This document shows positions 23,602 through 34,662 of a stretch of 64,000 nt of DNA, one piece after another; positions within the stretch are counted from its first letter, which is position 1; the number at the start of each line of letters is the position of its first letter. Origin of the DNA: Orbicella franksi (lineage: Eukaryota); assembly GCA_964199315.1 (NCBI GenBank), contig OZ116700.1, positions 31,806,001-31,870,000 of the forward strand, read 5' to 3'. Both the position numbers and the translations under genes were made by a program. Below the pieces are notes generated by a model. It did not search any database. It was not told where the DNA came from and worked only from the letters and a program-made list of their open reading frames with translations.

Positions 23602-25054
23602 GCAAAAATCCGTGACGTGATGCATAAACCGTGACGTACTCCTTTGATGTGAAGAACGGTCAATCGACAGCTTACGTTTTACAGATTTCCCGTCCGTTTT
23701 CATCACAATATCATATTCACTTGAATTCGACTCTCTATTTGTTAGCTATTGCAGCTTTCAAGTAATTAATTTATCAGCTAGTCAAAAAGGACACTCATGC
23801 GCGGCCTATTTTCTGTTGTAGTCCGAGAATATATGAACAGAGCCTCAATTTACTTGTTTGTTCTGAAAACAACTTTCTAAATGAGCCATTTACAAACCAC
23901 ACTCTATGTGTTCAATTTTACCTGCAACATTCTTTGCAGCTGCCTTGGGCCTCGTATGTTTCCGTCAGTCGTCTTCGCCATATTTCCATGTATGTTTTCC
24001 TACCATCTTCGTTATCTGATTTCGTGAGTTCCGCGCTACAGTGACACATAATGAAAAAAAAACAAGGTTGTCATTGTATATCTTTGAGTTACCCTCAGTC
24101 TACTAATTTCTAAATTCTGTGGTAAACTGCGTCGCAAAAATCGTGTTGTATCTCTCACAGTGAGCTTAAAACAATTGACAATTGAACATGTTGTGAAAAA
24201 TTCGCCGCGGCCGGTTCAATTTCGAGACTCAAAATTTAAGCCGTTTGGAACATTAATGTCGAATTCTAAATCCGCAAACTATTCTGTTGATAATCTGTCT
24301 TACTTAAAGATTATTTCAGGTTTAAACGACATCAAAACTCGACTAAAATTAATATTTTAGTCAGAATCATCGATCAGTAAAAGTCATGCAGCGGTGGCGA
24401 ACAAGAACTGACAAAAACCTCTTTTCGCAAAAGATTGTATGTTAAGAGACAACAACCGTCTGCTTCCTGTAAATGAGATCACTTTGAATATCAAACAACT
24501 CAATGACATCAAAATGTTTGAAGAATTGTTTTCTCTTGGATTATATTTCATTCGAAGGATTTTGAATAAACGAAATGAGCATCGGAGCACTGATGAAAAC
24601 TAACTCTGAGCCATCGCCTATGCTTGTTGAGTAAAGTCAGTTGCTATACTCTTTACCTTTCGTCCATTACGGTCAGGTGTTTTCCGCTGTATATATACAA
24701 ACTGCCTTTGTTCAAAAAGGCGACTGCAATTCCCTTTACACTCGCCTTTCCTGAAAGCCTTCTTCTTTCACTTGTCGATTTTGTCTAAAATGGTAGTCAT
24801 GTTGATAAAAAAAGAACTGTCGGAGTCAACAACCATAGGGAAATCGACAAACAACTAACTTAGAAAAGAGTAGATCTCAAAACGTCACCGAAACAAAGCA
24901 GACGGGAAATTAGCATACGCAAATGAAGTGTATGCGATATGGAGAGGGTGATTCCTGCTAATTTAAGCCACGATATCGAGACATATGGTACTTTACAACG
25001 ATAACAATCACATGCCCAGTTTCCCTTCTTCGTTTTTGGCTCTTTGCTGAAACT

Positions 25055-25135
25055 GTGAGATTTTTTTTTGAAAACCTGAAAACCTTAAAACTGAAAACTG
25101 GAAAAAGCTGAAAACCTTTAAAGATTTGAAAAATC
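25055..25135. repeat. Short degenerate minisatellite, (GAAAACCT/GAAAACT)n
   Basis: CTGAAAACCTTAAAACTGAAAACTGGAAAAAGCTGAAAACC array. Confidence 0.6.
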
Positions 25136-25880
25136 GAAATGTTATCATGATCAGCTCTGTTGTTGGTTTGTCTTCGACGAAATTACGTTGACGATAATGG
25201 TGGATGATCACGGACTGTTGATCTGACAGTGTATTAATTAATGATCAATAATTCACCCAGTCAGGCTGTCATTAATTACTCGTCGCATCCGGTTTCATTT
25301 TTATCTTTTATTACATGTCGGTTGAGTACTCCTCAGTACAATCAAAATTTCTTCCTTTAAAACACTTTTTACCGCCCTACCCTCTCCTCTCCTCCCCTCC
25401 CCTCTCTTCCTCTCCGCCCCCCGCCCCCCCCCCCAAACGAAAAACAATCATGTGCGTGAAGTTTTTAGAGATAAAAAATGTGCAGAGTCAATCCGCGATA
25501 CACTCATTCAGGAAACTCAAATTCGTCCTTTCAAAGTGTTTTTATTTTCAGTGGCAGTGGCACAGAAGATCCCTATAAATGCTGAAAACGAGAGGTTGAA
25601 CAGTTTGTGAATTTTCTGTATGCGCCTGCAATAAGAAGGAAACGCGGAATACGAATTAGACCCATGCCTTCATCAGCAGCCGCGATTAGCGGTAGCACTC
25701 CATGTACTAAAAGATTTAGTTCACGTTGTTTTCCCTCTACACGTTTTTAAGAAATAAACGGTAGGAATCATAAGCAAGGAGATTTCTCCAGGCTTCAGTC
25801 TTGGTTGATCAGCACATCTGGATGATTTAATTTTGATTTGAAGTTCGAATTCTCAAGATTAAATCGAAAGTATCGCAGTC

Positions 25881-27302
25881 ATGGACGGGACTATTGTGCG
25901 CCGTCTGGGATTTGTTGACATACTTGTTGCATCAGTGTTCACTGGAGCATTCTTCTTTATAGCATTACTGCTGTACCAGCGAGCCAAGGAACATCCAATG
26001 AATAGTCTTCTAAGAAAAGCTCATAGAGTAGATGGCTTTATCCAGAAGCAACTGGCAAAAAATCTTTACCGAGAAGACTTCGATCCGCTTCCGCCTGTAA
26101 TGGGAGAAGGCGATGATTTGTATTTACTTGAGAAGTGTGGCAGTGTAATGGAGCGCTACGGTTTCTTTTCAGTCGAGGTAACAGGAACTGAACAGGACAT
26201 TGATGTGATGGTTTCTCCGAAGATGTTTGCCGTTCGAGACTTGGATGTCGACGAAACACGCACACCCGTGGGTTTTGTTTGGGTGCGAATGAGCAACTTG
26301 TTACAGCAAATAGGAACACGAACGTCGGATCTGCTCGAAGTGTTAAAGGAAGCGAATCAACAGTTTGTAAGCGCAAGCGCGATATATCAGCATTTTCTAA
26401 GGATTGCACAATCCAGAAGTGAAGATCTTGACTTCCACGTTGTGAAGAACGAGCCGGCAGTAACATTCAAAGCAAAAGAATTGCACCAGGAGCGTTATGG
26501 CTATATGAGAGTTATTGATGTTGCGGTGTCCTTGACCTTCTCTGCTTGGCCTAATGTGGCAACAGAATGGTTGAATCGCGCGAACAGAGAGTCGCACCTT
26601 CTTAGCATCGGTACCATTCAAAAAATCGCAGGAAGTGGATGCCATTTAGTCTACAAGCCATCAGGTTTATCTGAAGATCCTGAACTAGACTGGAGGTTTT
26701 CATTCTCCAAAGCAGAGAGAACATTGCTTCAGTATCACAGTGATAAACACGCGCTCAAGCTTTGTTACATCATGCTAAGGTACGCATACAAGAAACACTT
26801 GAAACCGAGGTTGGATACAAATAAGGTTTTAGCATCGTATTATCTGAAAACTTTGTTTCTATGGCTCGCAGAGACAGAAACTGGGTTTGATTACTATAAT
26901 CTAGATGATCGGCGACTAGGCGGTCTGTTTGAGTTCATGGTAAAGAAACTTATAGATTCTTACAAGAAACAATTGCTGCCTCATTACTTTATTCGTCAAT
27001 GGAATCTGCTTCGGGACTTCGCGAAAGAAGACCTGAAACAAGTGCTAGATTTCTTGGAAGATCTTTTGCAAAATAGCAAAGATTACGTCACGTACATTCG
27101 AGATACACGGAAGTATGTTCCACCGCTGGCCAAACAAAATGGAGGACCATACAATGAACTTCTTATGATTATTGATGAGTCTTACACAACATACCTCCTA
27201 ACTCAAGTACTCGTTATTGCAACTTCCACCTTTGCATCTCTAGTGTTTGTCAAGTGTGTGCTAAATCTGTTTTCTTTAGACCTAGCCCTATGCTCATTGT
27301 AA
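25881..27302 (+). CDS. Mab-21/cGAS-like receptor (cGLR) nucleotidyltransferase, 473 aa, single exon, with N- and C-terminal hydrophobic helices
   Basis: Activation loop CGSVMERYG (G87-S88), DIDVM (D106, D108), third acid in VIDVAV (D213). Mab-21 motifs GCHLVYKP, WRFSFSKAERTLL, SYYLKTLFLW, LPHYFIRQWNLL. Hydrophobic segments at about aa 11-32 and 436-465. Confidence 0.92.
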   Translation: MDGTIVRRLGFVDILVASVFTGAFFFIALLLYQRAKEHPMNSLLRKAHRVDGFIQKQLAKNLYREDFDPLPPVMGEGDDLYLLEKCGSVMERYGFFSVEVTGTEQDIDVMVSPKMFAVRDLDVDETRTPVGFVWVRMSNLLQQIGTRTSDLLEVLKEANQQFVSASAIYQHFLRIAQSRSEDLDFHVVKNEPAVTFKAKELHQERYGYMRVIDVAVSLTFSAWPNVATEWLNRANRESHLLSIGTIQKIAGSGCHLVYKPSGLSEDPELDWRFSFSKAERTLLQYHSDKHALKLCYIMLRYAYKKHLKPRLDTNKVLASYYLKTLFLWLAETETGFDYYNLDDRRLGGLFEFMVKKLIDSYKKQLLPHYFIRQWNLLRDFAKEDLKQVLDFLEDLLQNSKDYVTYIRDTRKYVPPLAKQNGGPYNELLMIIDESYTTYLLTQVLVIATSTFASLVFVKCVLNLFSLDLALCSL

Positions 27303-28212
27303 TTTTATAACGGAAACCTTTTGATTTGAATGTGTCTTATTATATTGTACTTGTGGATTATGAAATGGAATACTAACTAAGATATATTGCACTTTTTATG
27401 AATCACTTATCTTAAAAGAGAGCAACAACAACAGTCTTTCACTCCAGAGTCTCCCTGTTCGAGGGCTTCCAATGTATTCTACATTTGTTTTTTCAAACAC
27501 AAAAGCAACACTGTTTTCCTTAAAGATGCTATGTTACGGTTTGCGTATCCTGAAAAGTTTAGCCTAAATTTTTGAAGCTAAGTTCATCATTTGTAATCCG
27601 TGTTAATCTTCTCCATCCTTAACCATCCCTGTTCCGTTATGGTTTATGATCATCTCTTTGGTGTTTTTACTATCTTAGTAAACTGCTATATTCAGGTTTC
27701 CATGACTGAGCTCCCTTAAAATTGAAAATATTAACTTGCCCAAAATACTAATTACAGTATTGGAGGAGCTTGAGTAAAATATTGTAATTGTCACTGGCCA
27801 GCAATAAATAGCGAAGTTTCTTAAAGGGGTTAATTTTAATCCCGCGAAACAGTCAGTTAAATTTGCCTACTAATGAGAATGCTTACTTTCTGTACAGCAA
27901 TAGTTAAGTAGTTAACATATCTTATGGAAATAATTCGAAACATATCTTTCTTTTACTGAAACGTCCAGCTAGTTCAGTCGGCTTAATGGGAAGTACTTTT
28001 CAAAACTCTTTCCTGTCGTTTGAAATATCTTCAGAAAGAATAAACTAAAAAAGTCATATCAACTTTTAAGACTGATATGAAGCCATTGTTCCCATCGTAC
28101 GTTTATGGTCAGTCAGGCTTCGTAAAAAGTGCCAGCTGAAGTGCGTGAAATACGTCCACAGTCAAGCTCAAAGCGGGCGTGGTAGAAAGCCAAGAAAGTA
28201 AATATTATAACA

Positions 28213-29739
28213 CTAAATTGAATTGGAATCAATTCTGTTCTTAATGCTGATTTCATAAGATTTAGGAACAAGCACAACACCAGGGTGACCTTCCAGATCG
28301 GGCAGTGGTTTTCCCGGCGCACACTCAAACGTGAACTGATGCAGGAGCCTGGCGAAGACTAAAAACAGCTCAGTCTTGGCAAGTGACTCCCCCAGACACA
28401 CGCGTCGACCGGCGCTGAAAGGTAGATAGCTGCGAAATCCCCACGGACCCGAAGCTGAAAACTTTCCTTTGGCATCAAGAAAGCGCTCCGGTTGAAACAC
28501 ATCTGGTTTTTCCCATTCCTCCGGATCATGATGGATCGCCCACAAATTCGTCATCATCATGGTATCTTTCGGTATGTTATATCCCCCCAGAGTACTCTCC
28601 CGCGTCGACTTGTGGGGGATGGACAGAGGCGTGGTTGTCGCAATGCGAAGCACCTCTGCCACTGTGGATTCCAAATAAGGAAGATTGCCACGGTCATCGA
28701 GACGAGGCTTGCGATCTCGACCAATGACTTCGTCAATCTCCGCATGGACGCGCGCTTGGATGTCTGGGTAATTAACCATGTACGCAAGTAACCATAGCAA
28801 CGTTGCTGTCGTGGACTGAATGCCGGCGTTGAAAACGTCATTGACGATCATTAATAAGTGATCTTCAGACAGCAGCTGTGAGATTTTTCCATCTTCTTCT
28901 TGCGCGTCATAATACGCCTTCAACAGCGCGTCAGTCAAGTCGTTAATTTTTATCCCGTCCTTGTCTAGGTCGCCATCAAACTTTCTTTTGTGTTCGCGGT
29001 ATTTCGCATTCAGTACAAGGTCCCGCAATTCTTTCGCCTCGCGAAGGATTCTTCCTTCTTCGATCGGAAGATAGCGCAACCAGGGCATCATTTCTAAGAT
29101 ATTGAATCCTTTAAACAAACGAACAAAGTGATTGTTGTACTTCATTATCAGCTGAAATTCTTCGTCTTCAAGATCGTAACTTTGCCCGTAAACGAGAGCG
29201 CAAATGACGTTCAAAACCATGAGGCTGATGTCGTCGGTAGGATCGACTGCCTTTCCCTGATGGGCGGAGAATCTTTTGAACAACTGCTCTACTTCATCGT
29301 TTATCTTTCCCTCCAAGTGCTTGAGTCCACTTCCGTACATGCGCAGTGCAGAATGGGTGAGTTTCCGCTGCAGGATCATAGTCGGTGACAAGTCCGCAAA
29401 GAATATGTCCTTGGCTTCTCGGGTGAGATAATCTCCGATGAACGTGCGGGGTCTCCCGGCAAAATCGTCCTTCTTGGACAGCAAAGCCTCACGGGCCAGA
29501 CTAATGGAATTGACTAGGATACACCGCTGACCACCTGGTAAATACAACGTGAAGATCTTCCCGTATTCCTTTGCGAGGTCGGTCACGGCCAAATGAATCG
29601 GCTTACCCACCAACTGAGTTAAGTTACCAATCAGGGGATAGGGGCGGGGGCCCGGTGGAAGGTTTTTTGGTGAAGGGACGAGAAACAACCGCCAGCCCAG
29701 TACGAGGAGAATAATCAAAATGGCCGCCTCCAGGATCAT
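28213..29739 (-). CDS. Cytochrome P450, clan 2 (CYP17/CYP1-like), 508 aa, uninterrupted CDS; paralogue A
   Basis: N-terminal anchor, PPGP hinge, I-helix NAGIQSTT, K-helix EVLR, PERF, heme motif PFSAGRRVCLG. Splice acceptor 20 nt upstream of the ATG. Confidence 0.95.
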   Translation of the reverse strand: MILEAAILIILLVLGWRLFLVPSPKNLPPGPRPYPLIGNLTQLVGKPIHLAVTDLAKEYGKIFTLYLPGGQRCILVNSISLAREALLSKKDDFAGRPRTFIGDYLTREAKDIFFADLSPTMILQRKLTHSALRMYGSGLKHLEGKINDEVEQLFKRFSAHQGKAVDPTDDISLMVLNVICALVYGQSYDLEDEEFQLIMKYNNHFVRLFKGFNILEMMPWLRYLPIEEGRILREAKELRDLVLNAKYREHKRKFDGDLDKDGIKINDLTDALLKAYYDAQEEDGKISQLLSEDHLLMIVNDVFNAGIQSTTATLLWLLAYMVNYPDIQARVHAEIDEVIGRDRKPRLDDRGNLPYLESTVAEVLRIATTTPLSIPHKSTRESTLGGYNIPKDTMMMTNLWAIHHDPEEWEKPDVFQPERFLDAKGKFSASGPWGFRSYLPFSAGRRVCLGESLAKTELFLVFARLLHQFTFECAPGKPLPDLEGHPGVVLVPKSYEISIKNRIDSNSI

Positions 29740-29812
29740 TCCGCAATCGATTTGGATATCTATAAATTAAAAAAAAAATCGACTAAATAATTGTACTTTT
29801 GCAGCTTAACTG

Positions 29813-30162
29813 TAAGGTGGAATATCAGGCAGCATCCACCGGAGAAATTTGAAATTCAACGGTTAGGCCTACCGTCCACACTAATCCGCCACGAAAACGG
29901 AGCTTTCTCGAAAACGCTCTTCAAACCAGAGGAATTTGAAATCGTCGGCTTCGCGTTTTCGTATGGACGGAAAACAATTTGAAAACGGAGCTTTCCGAAA
30001 ACGATGGCGTCACGCTAATCACGTGATTTCCTTGCCAGAGTGTTAGTGAAACACAAATCCAAAATGACCGGTGATTGTTGCGTCTTAAAATTCCTCCGGC
30101 GCAGTGTGGACAGAAAACATTTGATGCGAAAACGCCGTTTTCAAATTCCTCCGGCGTAGTGT
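29813..30162. mobile_element. Interspersed palindromic repeat, copy 2 of the 5081-5418 family, in the putative 5'-UTR intron of CYP A
   Basis: CCGGAGAAATTTGAAA at the left end, TTTTCAAATTCCTCCGGCGTAGTGT at the right end; internal blocks shared with 5081-5418. Confidence 0.7.
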
Positions 30163-31694
30163 AGTAATTATTGCCTGGATTGCGTAACAATTTGTCGATG
30201 ACGTAAAACGTTCCGCTTCAGTAAAATAACTAATGAATGGAACCTACCTCATCAGTCAACCCGAGTTCAAACATCATCTTTTGCTGTATTTGCCAAAATA
30301 AAACTCAAACTTTTAATTTTGTTTACACCCCGAAATCGAGCCCAGATATATTTAGACCGTCCACATGTTGCATGAAATGTAATGATGACGAAATAAAATG
30401 TTTGCCTGATATTGTTGTCATTGGCTTCGTCACGCGAGAGTTATTTTCACTTGTGCTGTACAAATATTAGCATCAGTGGAAAAAACGCAGTACGTGTGTA
30501 AAATAACATATCTATTGAGAAGGTCTGACGATACATGCATGTCAATGTCACAGTGTAGCCTACGTTGAGAGCAGTTTTTACCCCGATCGAGTGCGAAAAA
30601 GGGTCTTTAAACACGCTCACATTTCATTATATCGCAATGCGATCCGATCACGTTCGATACAAATTTAATGTATTGGTTGCGGAGAAGATGAAAGCAGGAA
30701 AGATACCTGAAGCGCAGGGGTTTTACAAAATTTGTTTTACGACAGTAACAGTTAATCCTTTTGCCATCACTTCATACCCAGACCGGGGGCATCCAGTTCA
30801 CGAAACTCTACAAAACAACAGGTCAAATGTTGTGATAGCTAACATTGGAGTGCATTTGTCGCTTTTTTTCCAATAGGCAGTGTGAATGAAAAGGCAGGAA
30901 ACCCCAAGTTAGGTGCGCGTGATATAAAGACGATTCAGAAAGTGGAATAACTTACCTTCAACCAAAATTTCCTTCGGCTAAAACCACTGGAATCAAGTGT
31001 TACGTAAGTGGTGTTGCGTTACAAACGATAATGGATATGGGCTAAGAAGACTGTGTGGGACCTGGGAGTGACCGGCCTGACTTATGCCATCGGTATAGCC
31101 TGCGTAGCAGTCTTTTCCGTTTCCTTTCAGGCAAGCAGGAGTCGCGCGAGGGCACGGGGACAGAGGTAACAAAAAAATTAGTGACAGGGGGGAGGGGCAG
31201 GTAAGGAAAGCTCCGGCATTTAGACAAGTCCAAATATTTACATCAGTTTACATAAGTTTAAGACTTAAAAACAGACCATGCTATTTTAGGTTAAACTCTC
31301 CAGGAGCCAATACAAAACCCACTTAGTGCAGAGGCCTTTTTGAGCATTTTGCTTCTGATTTAGTTTGGGCAAGAGACATAATCTCTTGGTTTAGTTTAAG
31401 GGTTCAAGCTTTTAAAAGGATGGTTTTTTTTTTCGTCGTGGTCCAGTTTAGAAAACTGAACTGGGTAAAAGTGTATTCACCTTCTCGCTTTGTGGCGAAG
31501 AAAGCATTTGTTTCTGTCACAGGCTTTTGTTTTTTTACGTTCAGTGGACATGCATGCATCCGGCCTTATTTTCAAGCACAGCCTGCGTGATACGTGTCTT
31601 CGCAATTCCCGGGGCGCACAATATTTGGGCTTGTCCAAATGCCGGAGCTTTCTTGGGCAATAAGCTGAAAACTCTAAACTCGTTATGTAAGCTA

Positions 31695-32466
31695 CAGTCA
31701 AACCTGTACATAACGGTTACCCTTGGGACATGGCCAGGTGACCGCTGTACACGGGTTTCCTTTAAACTCCCCTGGAAGTCAATAAATAGCATTTTTATGT
31801 ACAAATAATTACTCAATTAACGTTTCATTGACAATAACGAGTAACAGTAACGTAATAAACACGATAAAAAAGGCCCATAAAATGTCCGTGGTGTACTTTT
31901 AGGGAGGTGCAGTAAAAGTCTACTAAAAGCTAATGAACAACGTTTTTAAGTGGAAATCACTCAATTTACATTTATTGGCAACAATTTGAAACAGATAAGT
32001 ACAGTACAATGTTATAATCAGGTAACTATTACGAAAGTGAAAACAGTGTGGTTACGGTTGTGTTGTTACAGTTAGAGTAACTATTGTTTGAAAGCGACGA
32101 CACTTTAACGTCATCTGCCACAAGCATGTGTTGGACGTAGGCGATGACATGGATTAGTAGTTGTACTAATATTTGGATTTTTGTGAGACCCCTGCCTTGG
32201 TGGCTGCTATTTAACGAGCTGATGAATAAAGCTTGTCATTATTCGTTAATCGTGACCCAATTTCGTGACCGTTATATACAGGTAAAAGGTAATGAAATTG
32301 TGGATTCAGGAAGTCAAAGGGTGACCGCGTCCGTTATATACAGGTGACCGCTATATGCAGGTCAACTTAACAGTAAATATAAGGGACGATTTTTGGGAAG
32401 TTGTTCAGAGACCGTTATACACAGGGTGACCGCTATATACAGGGCCGTTATATACAAGTTTGACTG
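31695..32466. mobile_element. Tc1/mariner(pogo)-type MITE, 772 bp, TA target-site duplication
   Basis: TA|CAGTCAAAC ... GTTTGACTG|TA, with subterminal arrays of GTGACCGTTATATACAGG. Confidence 0.85.
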
Positions 32467-33117
32467 TAACAGGGCATCAGCTGTTATTTCTTTTATGGTT
32501 ATTATTATTATCTTGCAGTGAGTCTATCATATTTCATTTCGTTGGTAGAAGGAGACAAAACTAAAAAGAACGTTTTTGTTAAGCGAGCCTTCAAAAAGAA
32601 AGAAAACCGTTGGCGGACCAAACGTTGGCTGTAGCGCTTCATCAGCGGGTGGGTGGCTGTTTCGTCAGTTGTCAAGTGAGCAATCTGTCAGATTGCGATC
32701 TTAGCATGTATGAATATCCCCCGATATCGAGAAATCGGTTTAACAGATAAAGGGTTTTTTTTCGGTGAGGCTTATTTCAGACCGCAAATTGCATTACTGA
32801 ATTAAAATCCTCAAGACTGTAAACTATACAAACCGGAATGTCCTTCTTTTCTTTAATAGTGTTAATCAATTTTCAAAATCAAATTACAATTGTCATGATT
32901 GTTATAAATATTGATTAAGGCTATTTTTGTTCTAAACACTGATGATACACATGCAAATAAATCAAAAAATAAACAACAAATACAGCCTACAAATACACAG
33001 GAAAAACAAAACAAAACAAAATAAAAATCTAAAGCATGTGTGATAAGTAGGTAAAAAGTTAAAGCCAAGAATAATGGCTTTTCTACTCAAGGCCATCGAA
33101 TTAACTCATTGAGTAAC

Positions 33118-33320
33118 GTCTGCATACGAACCAAGTGGCCCATCAGGCCAGAGCTTATCCCGGTTTCCGTTGCATGAAGCGACTAGACGTATTTCTGCTC
33201 CCTCCAGGATGGGATGCTAATTCATCGCAGGGTTACCCCCAGCATTAAATTAGCCGGTACTCATTTATACACTTGGGTGGAGAGGGATCTGTGAGAGTTG
33301 AGGGTCTTGCCCAAGAACAC
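33118..33320 (-). mobile_element. SINE family A, 5'-truncated copy
   Basis: Reverse complement matches the body and tail of 18375-18686; the tRNA head is absent. Confidence 0.8.
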
Positions 33321-33322
33321 TT

Positions 33323-33507
33323 AAGCAATAGACCACAAGTTTTCATGGTTTATAGGCTGATAAACCACGCGAGATGTTGGAAGAACACGAGAAGAATTCG
33401 TAAATCACGAGTCGCAGGCGAGTGATTTACGAATTCTTCTCGTGTTCTTCCAACGTCCCAAGTGGTTTATCATCCTATAAACCATAGGAAATTGTGGTCT
33501 ATTGCTT
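33323..33507. mobile_element. Fold-back MITE-like palindrome
   Basis: Ends AAGCAATAGACCACAA / TTGTGGTCTATTGCTT. Perfect inner arms of at least 32 bp (33377-33408 / 33422-33453). Confidence 0.85.
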
Positions 33508-34541
33508 TTATATAATAATTCAGAAGACACGCGAAATTTCCATGAGTTTACTGGCACAATAAACCATAGCTGATTGGCCAATCAGGGCGCGCGCATTGAT
33601 TTGATTATTATATAAAACACCGGCTAGGATATAACTTTTCCCACTTTTGAAAATGCGTAAGGAGCTTTTTTACGTGACGTTTCATTCTTGTTCCTGACAA
33701 TCTAGAACCAGCCGGTTAAAAGCAGGATTTAGCCTTTATCTCAGATTAGACCAATTGAGTTGTGAAATCCACTGCCAGTTTCATTATGTCTGTTATCTTT
33801 TGCTAAATTTCATACTTACCTTTTTTCTTATACTGTATTTTCATATTAAGTAGACATGTACAATGTAAACTATAACATAACATTGTCAGGTTATAGAAAC
33901 ACCTGGTTAAAAACACCTGTGACAACACAATACACATAAATGTACGCCTTACGGACCTATCATATCAACTTACCGGAAAACAGCACCTTTCTGATCAAAA
34001 GTTGGGAGTCATTGCGTATCCAAGTGTGGTTTTCCCATAACAAAAACTGAGTGTAGTAAAGCCCCTAAATACGCTATCACCTTTACAAGGCCTGCCTTTA
34101 TCGCAAATTGAGCCTACGGGAGGTTCGACTTTTGACAAAAAGACAGGAAATCTTTTTCGTTCAGTCGCGACTTGAAGACCGTCATTGGTCAACTTGTGGT
34201 GTATGCGAGACGAACGGCCGGGGGAAGTCCTCGGTTTTCTCCTCGGACCACATGACTAATGCGCTAAACCGCAGCGAAATATCGAGGCCCAGGAACTAGG
34301 CAACACAGTAGCACGTGTTGCATCTCTTTGCGACGTCAAAACATTTTCAACCTAACCCTAACCCGATACAGGGGCCCATGACCTATGGGCTCTTGGCCGA
34401 TATTTATTTACCCTGGTCCCAGGAGTTTTCATTCTTTGTTTTTTTGTTTTTGTTTTTTGTTTTTTGTTTTCTTTTTGTTTTGTTTTTTTTGCTACTGAAA
34501 GAGAAAAGAGAAAGCCTCTAGGTTAGAACATTTTTAAGCAT

Positions 34542-34662
34542 GATCCTCACTAGCGACGCAAGCATAAGCATAAGCATAAGAAATAAAGGATCCTTACTCC
34601 CTAGTGGAGACTAGCTTATGCTTAACTGTTTATGCTTGCTTCTTAAGTGAGGACCGGGCTTT
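34542..34662. mobile_element. Short MITE with (AGCATA)n subterminal repeats
   Basis: CCTCACTAGCGACGCAAGCATAAGC ... TTATGCTTGCTTCTTAAGTGAGGACC. A related copy lies at about 36645-36826. Confidence 0.6.

Noticed and set aside
26178-26210. Apparent deletion of the cGLR activation loop (TGTEQDID read as G[S/T]-x2-DxD)
   Set aside because: The real GS motif is upstream (CGSVMERYG, aa 86-94), giving a normal to long loop, so the enzyme is not degenerate.
26038-29388. ORFs antisense to or overlapping the cGLR and CYP A (also 49693-50596 in CYP B)
   Set aside because: Shadow ORFs of GC-richer coding sequence with no domain features.
32260-32460. CRISPR-like array of GTGACCGTTATATACAGG repeats
   Set aside because: Spacing is irregular, there are no cas genes, the context is eukaryotic, and these are subterminal repeats of the 31695-32466 MITE.
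32615-32700. Hammerhead ribozyme on the minus strand (CTGATGAAGCGC...)
   Set aside because: The GAAA half of the core after stem II is missing. Similar partial cores at about 3498 and 25670 also fail.
34340-34365. Telomere-like CTAACCCTAACC (similar at about 47895-47920)
   Set aside because: Only about two units. It could belong to a Helentron-type repeat end, but there is too little to support a call.
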